Assembly (NCBI GenBank): GCA_965238275.1
Contig: OZ250186.1
Coordinates: 960,001 to 1,024,000, forward strand
Length of the DNA stretch: 64,000 bases
Source: Nitrosopumilus sp.
GTDB lineage: Archaea > Thermoproteota > Nitrososphaeria > Nitrososphaerales > Nitrosopumilaceae
Direction of reading: 5' to 3'
Below, piece by piece: positions 10,170-21,600 of this stretch. A model generated the notes under the pieces. It was given only the letters and a program-made list of their open reading frames with translations. It did not search any database and was not told the DNA's origin. Made by a program: the position numbers and the translations under genes. How positions within the stretch are numbered: the first letter of the stretch is position 1; each line of letters starts with the position of its first letter.

Positions 10170-11618
10170 ATGTCTGCCACTGCTCCCAGAAGGATTGCCA
10201 ACAACCAGTACCAGATAGACGCAGACTCGAATCTTGGAATGAGGGTGCCTGTACGAATCTATGCCGACGAGACGCTTCTTGCAAAGATGCTCACCGACAG
10301 GACGATAAGGCAGGCCCGGAACGTCTCATCAATTCCGGGAATCGTGGGCTGCAGTATCGTCCTGCCTGATGGCCACGAGGGATATGGGTTTCCGGTAGGC
10401 GGGGTTGCTGCCATGGATGCCAAGGAGGGCATGATAAGTCCAGGTGGTGTCGGATACGACATCAACTGCGGCGTCCGGCTGCTACGATCCAGCCTGACAG
10501 AGAAACAGGTTCGTCCCCGGCTGAAGGATCTTGTAAATGATCTGTTTGGCTCCATTCCGTCCGGAGTGGGCTCCAAGGGCGCAGTAAAGCTGAGCTATTC
10601 TGAGCTTGACGAGGTCCTGGTGAGGGGGGTGGACTGGGCAGTTGATCACGGGTATGGCTCTTCTGATGACTCTGACGTGTGTGAGGAGAATGGCCGTATT
10701 CCAAAGGCGGATCCAAACAAGGTCTCTGAGAAGGCGCGAAAGAGAGGCGCCCCCCAGCTTGGAAGCCTGGGTTCTGGAAACCATTTTCTTGAGGTTCAGA
10801 GGGTCTCAGAGATTCACGACCGGCAGGCAGCAGAGCGGATGGGCATCAAGGAGGGGTCAGTCACGATCCTGATTCACTGCGGCTCAAGGGGGTTTGGGCA
10901 TCAGGTGTGTAGCGACTATCTTAGGATATCAGAACAGGCGATGTCAAGGTATGACATAAGGCTTCCCGACAGGGAGCTTGCATGCGTGCCAAACACGTCC
11001 GAGGAAGGCGAATCCTACAGGAGCGCAATGTTTGCAGCGTTGAACTTTGCATGGAGCAACAGGCAGATGATTACCCACTGGACTAGAAAGTCCTTCCAGC
11101 GCGTCTTTGGGCAGACCGAGTCTGATCTTGACATGGGGCTGGTTTATGACGTATCTCACAATATCGCAAAGATTGAAAAGCACAAGGTTGACGGAGTCCG
11201 GCGGGATCTCGTGGTTCACAGAAAGGGCGCGACAAGGGCATTTCCTGCAAACAGCAAGGAGATACCGTCGCGGTACCAGGACCTGGGTCAGCCTGTCCTG
11301 ATTCCGGGTTCCATGGGAACTGCAAGCTGGATTCTGCTGGGCCAGCCAGGCTCCATGAACCTGAGCTTTGGCTCTACTGCGCACGGTGCAGGAAGGATGA
11401 TGTCAAGGTCAAAGGCCCGGAGAAACTATACCGAGGACGGCGTAAAGAAGTCCCTGCGCGACAAAGGCATATTCATCAAATCCCTGACCCGGGACGGGGT
11501 CGTGGAGGAGACGCCGCAGGCATACAAGGACGTCGATGCCGTTGTTGACGTCTCCCACTCTCTGGGAATTGCCACCAAGGTTGCAAAGCTGGTGCCGATA
11601 GGTGTGATAAAGGGTTGA
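10170..11618 (+). CDS. rtcB: tRNA-splicing ligase RtcB
   Basis: PDGHEGYGFPVG, GYDINCG, GSGNHFLE, HRKGATRA, HGAGR. Confidence 0.97.
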   Translation: MSATAPRRIANNQYQIDADSNLGMRVPVRIYADETLLAKMLTDRTIRQARNVSSIPGIVGCSIVLPDGHEGYGFPVGGVAAMDAKEGMISPGGVGYDINCGVRLLRSSLTEKQVRPRLKDLVNDLFGSIPSGVGSKGAVKLSYSELDEVLVRGVDWAVDHGYGSSDDSDVCEENGRIPKADPNKVSEKARKRGAPQLGSLGSGNHFLEVQRVSEIHDRQAAERMGIKEGSVTILIHCGSRGFGHQVCSDYLRISEQAMSRYDIRLPDRELACVPNTSEEGESYRSAMFAALNFAWSNRQMITHWTRKSFQRVFGQTESDLDMGLVYDVSHNIAKIEKHKVDGVRRDLVVHRKGATRAFPANSKEIPSRYQDLGQPVLIPGSMGTASWILLGQPGSMNLSFGSTAHGAGRMMSRSKARRNYTEDGVKKSLRDKGIFIKSLTRDGVVEETPQAYKDVDAVVDVSHSLGIATKVAKLVPIGVIKG

Positions 11619-12022
11619 GCGACGATCTGGAACTTGAAAGACTCAAGGCAAGGCGCCTGGCTGAGATGCAGCAGAACCTCCAGAGGAAGAGTGAGCAGAT
11701 CCAAAATCCGTCAGAGGGCAGCAGTCCTGCCACTACTCCGCGCGGCATCCTTGCAGGCAGGCTGGGATTCCGGGGCCTGGAGGTGCTGGAGAACGCAGAA
11801 TCCCAGTTCCCAAACGAGACTGCAATGGTCGTGGCCAAGCTCGCAGAACTGATCAAGGCCGGCGAGATCCGGGAGACGCTTGACGGGGGAAAACTTCTTG
11901 CGCTGTTCAGGGCAGTGGGACTGTACGTCAGGATGGCAACCAAGATAAACGTGGAGCAGGATGGCAAGTTTGTATCCCTCACCGAAAAACTCCAAAGACA
12001 GTCCCCCGGTGAGAAATCGTGA
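11615..12022 (+). CDS. PDCD5-like dsDNA-binding protein
   Basis: N-terminal DLELERLKARRLAEMQ helix typical of the family. Confidence 0.65.
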   Translation: MSDDLELERLKARRLAEMQQNLQRKSEQIQNPSEGSSPATTPRGILAGRLGFRGLEVLENAESQFPNETAMVVAKLAELIKAGEIRETLDGGKLLALFRAVGLYVRMATKINVEQDGKFVSLTEKLQRQSPGEKS

Positions 12023-12326
12023 GCGTAATACTGGAGATTGCGACAAAAAGCTACGGCGATGATCTCCTGATGATCAAAAAGGCGCTCTCGCACATGGAGA
12101 GTCTTTCAGGCCACTACAACGGATACGTTCTTGGCAGCCCGTCATCCAGGTTTGGATGGACATTCTTCAGGCTGGCATTCAAGGCAGACCTGCAAGACGG
12201 CATAGAGAAGAGATTCTCTGATATGATATCCGGGTATGGACGGGGAAACCGTCTGGAGAAGTTTGTGCAGTTTATGACTGACTATCTTAACTCTCGCGGC
12301 TGTAACGTAAAGGCAAAACTGGTAAG

Positions 12327-12330
<4 letters not shown>
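12019..12330 (+). CDS. Hypothetical protein
   Basis: 103-aa ORF translationally coupled to the upstream gene. Confidence 0.7.
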
Positions 12331-13015
<685 letters not shown>

Positions 13016-13118
13016 TAACTACACAGATCTCAAAGGGTTTAAAATACATTGATTTTTTGTCCCCCCAAAACCTAAAATTTACAACTACACAAATATCACG
13101 TATGCGTACCCTCTGATA

Positions 13119-13436
13119 GTGGCCTCCATTATTCCAGTCGCAGTCGGGCTTGCAGCAACCGCTACAGTGTTCGGCTTTATAATGCTGCAGTCTCTCTCCC
13201 CTCTTGGCGATGCGGTCCTGTCTCCGGTAGAGCAGAAATGCCGGCAGATCGCCAACGAGGGGTACAGGATACATGCGGCCTATCCGGATTCAAGTCTTGA
13301 TGCGATTCCAGAAGAGGATGTGCAGAAAATGAACAGACTTGACGAGAGGTGGATCAACGAATGTGTATCTGTCCTGCCTGCAGCCACCGTCATTGAGATA
13401 GTGGATGACGTGGAACGCAAGAACTTTGGCGAATGA
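13119..13436 (+). CDS. Hypothetical membrane-anchored protein
   Basis: 105-aa ORF, N-terminal TM segment, two Cys. Confidence 0.7.
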   Translation: MASIIPVAVGLAATATVFGFIMLQSLSPLGDAVLSPVEQKCRQIANEGYRIHAAYPDSSLDAIPEEDVQKMNRLDERWINECVSVLPAATVIEIVDDVERKNFGE

Positions 13437-14390
13437 TTACCCAAAGTGATCCCATCCTGAATCCTTCAGACGGCTCATACCCTTGCCACGACTCACAAAT
13501 ACGCCATCCCCGTCTGCAACATGCCCGATCTGGATGACGGGCGTCTTGTACCGTGTAGCATTGCCCATGATCGCCTCCCTGTGGTTCTGGGGTGCGGTAA
13601 ACACAAACTCGTACTCCTCGCCTCCCTCAAAGACCAGCGTATCCGGGTCAAGCCCCAGAGATTTTGCGTGCTTTTGCAGATCACTTGCTGCCGGGGTATT
13701 GTCGATGACAAACCTTTTCCTGCTCTGCCTTGACATCTCGTTTAGTGTTGCAGCCAGCCCGTCGCTGGAGTCCATTGATGATGAAAAATACCTGCCACTT
13801 TCCAGCCCAAAGTCGAGCCTGGGCTCCGGTCGTGCAAATGCCCGCATGGCCCTTCTTACGAATGCACGTCCTCCCCCCCCCTCTTTCTCCCCTCCAAGGA
13901 ACATCCTCAGTCCTGCAGGCGCATACCCAAACGGGCCCGTTACAAATATCAGATCACCTGTCCTGGCCCCGTCCCTGCTGATGACGCGGCTTGCGCTGCC
14001 AAAGAGGCATACTGTGAACACCATCTCCATTCCACCATTGGTGTCCCCGCCAAGAATCGATATCCCGTATTCGTCGCACGCCTTTCTCAAACCTGTCCCA
14101 ATCCTGGCAACCTCCCGGGACGAGACAGTCTTTGGCATGTTGACTGAGATTATTCCGTATCTCGGCCTTACGCCCTTTGCGGCAAAATCACTCACACAGG
14201 CCACCACGCTCTTTCTTGCCGCATCAGCAAGGCTCATCCCTGGGGGAATGTCCGTGCTTTGTACCATGGTGTCCGTGCTTGCAACAACTGTGACGCCCTC
14301 CAAACCAAACACCTCTACATCCTCCGGTACAAAACCGTCATTGCCGAGTCTTTTCTGAATGATTCTGATTATCGCAGACTCATCTGGCAT
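13437..14390 (-). CDS. thiL: Thiamine-phosphate kinase
   Basis: VSDFAAKG, ILGGDTN, MDSSDGL, GGEEYEFVF. Confidence 0.92.
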   Translation of the reverse strand: MPDESAIIRIIQKRLGNDGFVPEDVEVFGLEGVTVVASTDTMVQSTDIPPGMSLADAARKSVVACVSDFAAKGVRPRYGIISVNMPKTVSSREVARIGTGLRKACDEYGISILGGDTNGGMEMVFTVCLFGSASRVISRDGARTGDLIFVTGPFGYAPAGLRMFLGGEKEGGGGRAFVRRAMRAFARPEPRLDFGLESGRYFSSSMDSSDGLAATLNEMSRQSRKRFVIDNTPAASDLQKHAKSLGLDPDTLVFEGGEEYEFVFTAPQNHREAIMGNATRYKTPVIQIGHVADGDGVFVSRGKGMSRLKDSGWDHFG

Positions 14391-15669
14391 TGTCGCACCC
14401 CTCTTTTACCCGACGTCTCATCTCGTTGATAATCCTTTTGCACCGTTCATCGCTGTCCGACTCTGCTGAGATCCTGATGGCGTCCTCCGTGTTGGATTTT
14501 CTTACAAGCACCCAGCTCTTCTCGTCAATTATCCCCTTGATTCCGTCCTGCATGTCAGTCTCAGAATACTCTGCTGGAAGCATCGCCTCCAGGCCCCCGA
14601 TGACACTGTCATGAATCTCCGATGGAACCGCTACCTTTTCCCTCATCTGGCTGTATCCTTCCATGAAACCCAAGACCTCGTCAAACCCCGAATCCCCAAG
14701 CATGGATGATATCAGGCCGCCGGCAAGCATTCCGTCCCGGCAGTAATTGAACTCCGGCAGGATGAAGCCGCCGCTGCTTCCCTCCCCTCCTGCCTGTGCC
14801 TTGCATTCCAGCATGCGCTCCACCACGTTTGCCTCCCCTACCTTGGATCTGAGAACCGTGCCACCCCGCTCCCTGATGAGCTTCTCAACTGATACGCTTG
14901 TATCCACACTCAGGACAAACCTCCTGTATCCCATCCCCAGGGACCGTGCCACCCCGAGCCCAAGTGTTACATCAGGGGTCTGTTTCCTTCCGTCCCTTAC
15001 TACGACCAGCCTGTCGCCGTCCAGATCAAATGCAAATCCTGTTCTGCCCCCGGCAGTAGCCGATACCAGTCCTGACAGATCATCTGACGTGGGATCCGGT
15101 CCCCTCGATGCTGCGCCCTCCTCGTTTATGACATGCACGGAACACCCTATCCTCCTTAGAAGATCCGGCGCAACCCATCTGGCAGCACCGCCGCCTACGT
15201 CCACTACCACCTCTGGACGGGCTCCAACCTCCCCTATGAGCCCTGCAGCATCACTGGCATAAGACGACGCGATGTCCCGCTCGACTCCGATCCTGGTTGC
15301 CTGCACCTCCTGGTGTTTGATTATCTGCGGCAGCTCCTGCTCGTTTATTCCTCTCCCGTTTATGATGAACTTGATTCCGTTCCACTCCAGGGGATTGTGT
15401 GATGACGAGATTACCAGCCCGGCTGATCCCCTTGCCTCCCTGAACACCACCGGGGTTGGAGCCATCCCAAGACTGTGCACGTCAATCCCGTTTGCCATCA
15501 GTGCCGCACCTGCCGCATCCATCATCATGCGGCCTGACTGCCTCGTGTCCCTGCCAATAACGCACTTTGTCCCAATCATCGATGAAAAGTTGTTGCAAAA
15601 CTCCAATACGTGCCTGAGGGTCAGATCCGCCCCAAAGATTCCCCTGATTCCAGATATCGTCTTCTTCAA
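14380..15669 (-). CDS. Phosphomannomutase/phosphoglucomutase family protein
   Basis: SSSHNP, FDLDGDR, GGEGSSGG, RKSNTE. Confidence 0.92.
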   Translation of the reverse strand: MKKTISGIRGIFGADLTLRHVLEFCNNFSSMIGTKCVIGRDTRQSGRMMMDAAGAALMANGIDVHSLGMAPTPVVFREARGSAGLVISSSHNPLEWNGIKFIINGRGINEQELPQIIKHQEVQATRIGVERDIASSYASDAAGLIGEVGARPEVVVDVGGGAARWVAPDLLRRIGCSVHVINEEGAASRGPDPTSDDLSGLVSATAGGRTGFAFDLDGDRLVVVRDGRKQTPDVTLGLGVARSLGMGYRRFVLSVDTSVSVEKLIRERGGTVLRSKVGEANVVERMLECKAQAGGEGSSGGFILPEFNYCRDGMLAGGLISSMLGDSGFDEVLGFMEGYSQMREKVAVPSEIHDSVIGGLEAMLPAEYSETDMQDGIKGIIDEKSWVLVRKSNTEDAIRISAESDSDERCKRIINEMRRRVKEGCDNAR

Positions 15670-15722
15670 TCAAACCAATTCGGAAAGACTTTTTATTAAC
15701 TCTGATGAATTCATCCAATCGT

Positions 15723-15796
15723 GCCTTGGTAGCTCAGCCTGGTAGAGCGAACGCCTCGTAAGCGTTAGGTCGCGGGTTCAGATCCCGTCCGAGGCT
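15723..15796 (+). tRNA. tRNA-Thr(CGT)
   Basis: GCCTTGG...AACGC-CTCGTAA-GCGTT...GGTTCAGATCC...CCGAGGC-T cloverleaf. Confidence 0.95.
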
Positions 15797-16161
15797 TTCT
15801 TCTGTATTCGGATGTCCGTCTTTGTGCATGTCACACCCGGCGGTGCAGATTGATGCGTTTCCGTCCGATCCGGACAGAATGCATGTTGGAGACGAGATTT
15901 TTTTTTGTGAACGTTCCACGCATGAGCATGGCGGTTCGCGCCTTGGAATTCTGTTCAGGGTCATTGCATTGTGTGAAACGTGGCAGCTCTTAAATCGCCA
16001 CGAGTCGATTCACATGACGTCGGCGTCAAACACGCTTGACAGTCATGAAATGAAGAAGACAGGCCGGTAAGATCGACATGTCTTTGACAGGATAGGTTAC
16101 GTTACCGTAATGCTATCCTCCGTACATGGCATTACCTGGCGGTGGCAAAAAAAGCGTCATG

Positions 16162-17199
16162 CTATCCTCTTCTCGTGGCAGCTGACTTGCCTAACCGCCT
16201 CCAGATGAGGAAGGCACCTCCACCACCACCACCAAATACGGTGCCCACGATCACGGATGTGGTAATGAGGTCGTTGATGTAGGAATGTCCAAATATGTAG
16301 TCCTTGTCAGTCACGCTCGAGACGTCCCACCCGGAGATGTCGCCGTTGAAGGCGGATGCGTCAAACATCCCACTCATTCTAGTCACGCTCGAGACGTCCC
16401 ACCCGGAGATGTCGCCGTTGAAGGCAGCGTTGGCAAACATCGCACTCGTGTCAGTCACACCGGATACGTCCCACCCGGAGATGTCGCCGTTGAAGGCAGC
16501 GTTGGCAAACATCGCACTCGTGTCAGTCACACCGGATACGTCCCACCCGGAGATGTCGCCGTTGAAGGCGTCGGCATTGTAGAACATGCGACCCATGTCA
16601 GTCACACCGGATACGTCCCACCCGGAGATGTCGCCGTTGAAGGCGTCGGCATTGGTAAACATCCTATTCATGCTGGTTACTCTGGAGAGATCTGGAGCAT
16701 CGGTTGCCTTGTATTCCATATTTTTTGCACCGAGAAACGCTTCAGCCATAGTAGACCATTGTATATCGCCCCACTGGTCAATTGATTTGAGTCGTTCAGG
16801 GGTAACACTGAAAGGAAGATCGCAGCAATGTGGAAAAGCGATGCCTCCCAAGGCACCCGAGATGGCGACAGTATGGGTCCCGACTGTACTATACCGATGC
16901 GTCTGAGGGCCGCCGTTGCCAGTGACGGTTTCGGTGGCGCCGTCTCCCCAGTCTATGATGGCCGTTCCGCCAGATACCACAAACATGATGAATTTGATCT
17001 CTTGATTTGCCGAGGTCGTCTCCCATGTGGTGATAAAGGGTAAATCAATCTGGGCACTGGCGCTCTTGATTTCGCCAAACGGGAATATAAGGACAGACTC
17101 TGAAAGGCTGCCGTCTGCATCGAGTTGATCATAAAGGAGCAACGGAGATGCGGATAAAACAACAATGACTGTCAACGCGGTACATGCTGTTCGCGGCAT
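16162..17199 (-). CDS. DUF285/BspA-type surface repeat protein with signal peptide, PKD-like domain and C-terminal TM
   Basis: FITTW, IDWGDG, QWGDIQW, five FNGDISGWDVS repeats; start chosen at the signal-like MPRTAC (ORF extends to 17328). Confidence 0.85.
   Translation of the reverse strand: MPRTACTALTVIVVLSASPLLLYDQLDADGSLSESVLIFPFGEIKSASAQIDLPFITTWETTSANQEIKFIMFVVSGGTAIIDWGDGATETVTGNGGPQTHRYSTVGTHTVAISGALGGIAFPHCCDLPFSVTPERLKSIDQWGDIQWSTMAEAFLGAKNMEYKATDAPDLSRVTSMNRMFTNADAFNGDISGWDVSGVTDMGRMFYNADAFNGDISGWDVSGVTDTSAMFANAAFNGDISGWDVSGVTDTSAMFANAAFNGDISGWDVSSVTRMSGMFDASAFNGDISGWDVSSVTDKDYIFGHSYINDLITTSVIVGTVFGGGGGGAFLIWRRLGKSAATRRG
16307..16655. repeat. Coding tandem repeat, five 72-75-bp units
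   Basis: Recurring gtcccacccggagatgtcgccgttgaaggc. Confidence 0.9.
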
Positions 17200-17622
17200 T
17201 TCAATCCTCTTGGTTCTGCCCAGGGATGATACGGGCATCATTAATGCAAGCAGCATCTTCAGGCTGGAAAATCGGAAGTTTTGCAGTGCAAAGACTAGAA
17301 ACATCCAGAGACGGGAATTTTTCATCATATTTTAAATCGAGTGTAAAACGCACCTGACAGGTTGATTCTGGGAAGATCCACCAACAAATATCCATCCGCA
17401 TGTACATCTATAAGCATTCCATTATGCTCATGTGCAAAACGTTTGCAGAAAAATCCCATGAATAGTGCATGCTTGCCGGGAGTTATTGGGCATTATCTGA
17501 ATTAATCATGACTGCCTGCTGAATCCAATTATGTGTTCTGATACTATTTTTAAAAGCATTTTTCGCACATTTATTATACCCATACCGGCAAGATGCAAAA
17601 CCTCTAAAACTCCCCAAAACCA

Positions 17623-18204
17623 GTGACATGTGAAATCTGTTTGACGCTGTTACAAAACGCCGAATCGTTTGCCCGGGCAAGGCATGCCGGAATGCTCAAA
17701 AAAGACGGCATTACCACACACTCAAGGCATCTTGAGGATGTGGTAAACAGGCTGAAAAGTCTGGGTGTGATAGACGAGGAGGTGCTATGTGCAGGATGGC
17801 TTCATGACACCCTGGAGGACACTGATACCAGCTTTGACGATCTGTTTGAACAGTTTGGAAGCAGGATTGCAGTGATTGTTTCATATCTGACAAAGGACAC
17901 GTCCCTGCCAAGAAAACCGAGGGTGCAGGCATATGTCCGGCAGCTTGAAGGCGCGTCATATGATGCCAAACTAATCAAGCTGTGCGACATCTCGGCAAAT
18001 CTGAGCGCCCTGAAGCGCTGGAACTGTTCAAAGTCACAAAAGATGCGTACGATAAAGCATGTCAGACGCTACGCAGGCGCAATCCGGGACGACCTGGCCT
18101 CCTCCTGTCAGGACTATCCAGGGGTACTTGCAATGCTTGAAGGCATCAACCAGACATTCAGGCAGTTCAATCAAAAGGCAGTCCCACAACGCCCTGCCTC
18201 ATGA
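17623..18204 (+). CDS. HD-domain protein, Mesh1/SpoT-hydrolase-like
   Basis: H...LHDTLEDT, LTKD, IKLCD motifs. Confidence 0.85.
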   Translation: MTCEICLTLLQNAESFARARHAGMLKKDGITTHSRHLEDVVNRLKSLGVIDEEVLCAGWLHDTLEDTDTSFDDLFEQFGSRIAVIVSYLTKDTSLPRKPRVQAYVRQLEGASYDAKLIKLCDISANLSALKRWNCSKSQKMRTIKHVRRYAGAIRDDLASSCQDYPGVLAMLEGINQTFRQFNQKAVPQRPAS

Positions 18205-18660
18205 TTGACATGACTGCGCCGGCCATCTGATGATCTTCAAAGTCAGGACCGACCTCTATCATTGGTACCAAACCCGAGCCATCTTGCGGAACCGTCGTGA
18301 GGATTGGAATTTTGTGGCCTGTACCTGAACGCATGCACAAATATGGATCACGTGTGGAATGCATATCTGAATTTCTGCAGAATGTGTCTATCTGGGGTAA
18401 CTGTAAGCATTCATTGAGACTCGATGTCTATCTCCAGTTCTTCTGCCAGACCTTTCCACCATTGTCCAACTGCCTCATCCATGCTTATTCAATAAATGCC
18501 GTGCTCCTTTATAGATCTGTCGATTCCCATGCGTGGCGCAGTCACGTCCGTCACCTGTTGGGATACAAATCCTGTGATCACTGCACATTGCCTGATGTGG
18601 CATGCGACTCTGTGTGTGTGGTGGGCAGGCAGTCCGGATGCCCGTGCGGGCCTGAACGCT

Positions 18661-18822
18661 TCAAGAACTCTTCCTCCTCTTTCTGTAGATGATTATAATG
18701 AGGGTGCCCCCGGCACATGCCCAGAACAACGGGGACAGTCCGGGTCCTACAGACGGCTGGAACACGCCCACGAAACTCAGTGACATCACAACCACCAGAA
18801 TCAACCCCACAATCTCCAACAT
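18661..18822 (-). CDS. Small two-TM membrane protein
   Basis: Two hydrophobic segments followed by a basic tail. Confidence 0.5.
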   Translation of the reverse strand: MLEIVGLILVVVMSLSFVGVFQPSVGPGLSPLFWACAGGTLIIIIYRKRRKSS

Positions 18823-18893
18823 CCTTATCAATATCTTCCCACCATCCATCTGGAAATCAAAAAGATATATGGTTTTGTACATACCACTAACCT

Positions 18894-19112
18894 GTGGACA
18901 AGTACCTTCTCGTAATCATGGCATTCATGATAGTCAGTATACCAATCGCCTTCATATCGCCTGCCACCGGCGAGCTCAGGGAGGCGCCCCTGTTCCTGTT
19001 GTTCTATGCTGCAATCGCCGGAATATCAATCATCATAGTCTACAGCTCCTACAAGGATCGGAAGGTTCGCCAGAGGGAGAACAGAAGACGGCGATCAAAG
19101 AAACGTGGCTAG
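18894..19112 (+). CDS. Small two-TM membrane protein
   Basis: 72 aa, two TM segments, Arg/Lys-rich tail. Confidence 0.7.
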   Translation: MDKYLLVIMAFMIVSIPIAFISPATGELREAPLFLLFYAAIAGISIIIVYSSYKDRKVRQRENRRRRSKKRG

Positions 19113-19179
19113 GCCAGACTCAGTGTGCAACATCTGGACAGGATGATCCACAGGAAGCAAAAAAGATTAAAAAATATGA

Positions 19180-19461
19180 CTAGACATCCATGCCAAAAGA
19201 CTCGGCTATGCTGGAGAATCTTGCATAAGACTCCAGATACTGCCTGCCTCTTGGTGTAATAACAAATGTGTTCTTGCCGTCAAACTCTATCCTGTTGATG
19301 AGTCCTGCGCCGGTAAGGTTTGCCATAAATTTGGATAGTCTTGAATGGGAGATGTTTGCCTTGGTTAGAAGGGATGTTGTCTTGATTCCTTCCTGCCCGA
19401 ACTCCTCGGTGGCCTTTAACAGATCCGCCACGATGTGCATGCTTGTTCTATATGTAGTCAT
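19180..19461 (-). CDS. Winged-helix transcriptional regulator
   Basis: YRTSMHIVADLL...KANISHSRL...ITPRGRQYL. Confidence 0.85.
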   Translation of the reverse strand: MTTYRTSMHIVADLLKATEEFGQEGIKTTSLLTKANISHSRLSKFMANLTGAGLINRIEFDGKNTFVITPRGRQYLESYARFSSIAESFGMDV

Positions 19462-19691
19462 GTCAACGTAACTATGTTGTACTAATATATATATAGATGT
19501 AACCGCATCCTTCTTCTCTTCCTCAGGCATGACTCTGCTTGGTTGGTTTGACATGCAGCCCTGCGCCATGTGCATACATGCCCAAGATCTGTCTGGGCAT
19601 AAGCAGTGTGGTCGTGTAGCCGTTCATGCATGTCTCCTACCGGATCATACCTTCCCATAAGATAAATAAGATTCATTCTGCTTATCATCTG

Positions 19692-20276
19692 ATGCGTCCA
19701 AATTCGCCCATTCGGTGGTTTGATGATTTTGTAGGAGTGGCCTACAGGTATTACGATCTCCGAATGAATGTCGTTCCGCTGTTCTCTGAACGCAAGCCTG
19801 CCGTTGATCTCTGGCATGATACCATCCACTGGTGGGTAAATGCGTCCATTCGAATCCGGTTTGTCGATGTGGGCAAAATGTACTGGTTTGTCATGGGTTC
19901 AGAGTCCCAGAGACCTGCAACAAACGTGTCATTCTTCAAACTTCTCCCAAAATCCGACCACTATGAACGGTTCAGACGCGGTCATGATGGGGAGGCGTAT
20001 ATCCGGCTGGGGGTGTATGCAAAGCACTCCCTTGACGATGCCAAAAAGGGCGAGGAATGCAAGTGCGGTCACGAGGCACAGGATCATGACGAGGGGGATG
20101 ATGACGTGTGCCTGTTCAACGAGTGTGACTGTAAAAAATTTTCCAGCTTTCAGGTTACCCTTCTCAAGAGAACAAAGACAGTCACTGACATTGCGTTTCT
20201 GGATGAGAAGGACGTAAAGGATGATCCGCTTGCATGGAACTGCCTTAACGTACACAAGTATTCCAAAGAGGGCTAG
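19692..20276 (+). CDS. Hypothetical protein with Cys/His cluster
   Basis: CKCGH...H...C...CDC motif; long clean ORF. Confidence 0.75.
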   Translation: MRPNSPIRWFDDFVGVAYRYYDLRMNVVPLFSERKPAVDLWHDTIHWWVNASIRIRFVDVGKMYWFVMGSESQRPATNVSFFKLLPKSDHYERFRRGHDGEAYIRLGVYAKHSLDDAKKGEECKCGHEAQDHDEGDDDVCLFNECDCKKFSSFQVTLLKRTKTVTDIAFLDEKDVKDDPLAWNCLNVHKYSKEG

Positions 20277-20525
20277 TCAAGATCCTTGTTTACCCGGGCA
20301 TGATCCCCGGGATAGTGATCTTTGAGCCTTTTTGAATAACAGTCCCCGCATATGGTCCCGCTTATTCCCCATTCCTTCATGGGGGTGTAGCGCAACATGA
20401 CCTTCCCGCCACACGCAACACACGCCTCCTTTGAACCCAAACTGCATCTGCTTTATGCCATTTGTATAAAAAACATTCCATATGATCGTGTAAAGCCATA
20501 ATAGTTGAGAATGACAGTATCCACC

Positions 20526-20735
20526 ATGAGGATAAAATGTCCCAAATGTCATGAACCTGCCGAACTTGCAGGTGATTTCTCCGCTGTACGCTGTACATCC
20601 TGCGATCTGGATATGAGCTATGGCGAGTATGTCAAGTACATCGCACACAACGAGCCCACATACTCAGACATCCTTGGCGACTATGCAGGCAGCACGGAGG
20701 GACAGAGTTCGGGATCCCTTGACGAGTGGGATTGA
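20526..20735 (+). CDS. Small zinc-ribbon protein
   Basis: CPKC...CTSC, acidic tail. Confidence 0.7.
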   Translation: MRIKCPKCHEPAELAGDFSAVRCTSCDLDMSYGEYVKYIAHNEPTYSDILGDYAGSTEGQSSGSLDEWD

Positions 20736-20782
20736 GGATCCGCTTCATCAGATTAAAATAATTTGGATGATCCTACACATCA

Positions 20783-21424
20783 TTGGAGTTTTTACTGGTA
20801 AACATACTCAACCTCATCGGATTTCTGGTTGGTCTTGGCATAGGAATCGTGTTCCTGATGGGATTCCGAAGTACCGGAAGCCCCACACTGTTCAGGCTTA
20901 CAATTGCATTTCTATCCATCGGCATAGGATTCCTCGTCATATGGGCAGGATATCTGGTGGACGATCTTGTAACAAAGAACGGCTACATTGAGAGATGGGT
21001 TCAGACGTTGGGAACGGGAATTCAGACGGTGGGATACTTTTTCATCGCGTTCTCGCACAGCATAAAATCATTCTCCCCAAAGTCAAGCTACTTTAGATCG
21101 GTGGGCATTCTTCCGCTGTTTCTGGTATCGTCAGTCCAGCTGGAGCACATATTCCGTTCCGTCTCGTTTATCCTGCTGGCATATGGGGCCATTGAGACCA
21201 TACTGTCATACATTGACAGCAGAAACAAGGGGACGATCTCCGTGGCTGCAGGCCTGGCTCTTTTGGCACTGGGCGAGTTTCTGGGGTGGTACTCGTTCGT
21301 ATTCCCGGAGTCAATCCTGTATCCCGTATCCGTAATAATCAAGATATGCGGCCTGGTAGCACTGTTCATTCCGGTAAGCAGGGCACTGCTGACTCGGATA
21401 AAGTTTGGTGACCTGTCTGAATGA
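20783..21424 (+). CDS. Multi-pass (about 7 TM) membrane protein
   Basis: Seven hydrophobic segments. Confidence 0.8.
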   Translation: MEFLLVNILNLIGFLVGLGIGIVFLMGFRSTGSPTLFRLTIAFLSIGIGFLVIWAGYLVDDLVTKNGYIERWVQTLGTGIQTVGYFFIAFSHSIKSFSPKSSYFRSVGILPLFLVSSVQLEHIFRSVSFILLAYGAIETILSYIDSRNKGTISVAAGLALLALGEFLGWYSFVFPESILYPVSVIIKICGLVALFIPVSRALLTRIKFGDLSE

Positions 21425-21600
21425 CCATGCCGGTATAATCAATGAGTGATTCCATGCGTGCCACCATTCGGAGATGAATCCGCATGCCTCTTGCAAATTA
21501 CCTGATTTGGCCGGTTATTCCGTGCTTGTCAAGATCTTTTATCTTTTTGGTATATTGAAAAATATTACATACTATCATATGGGTTTTGTAATACTGCGGT

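Noticed and set aside
15723-17600. Provirus or island integrated at tRNA-Thr
   Set aside because: No duplicated tRNA 3' end or integrase was found in the window.
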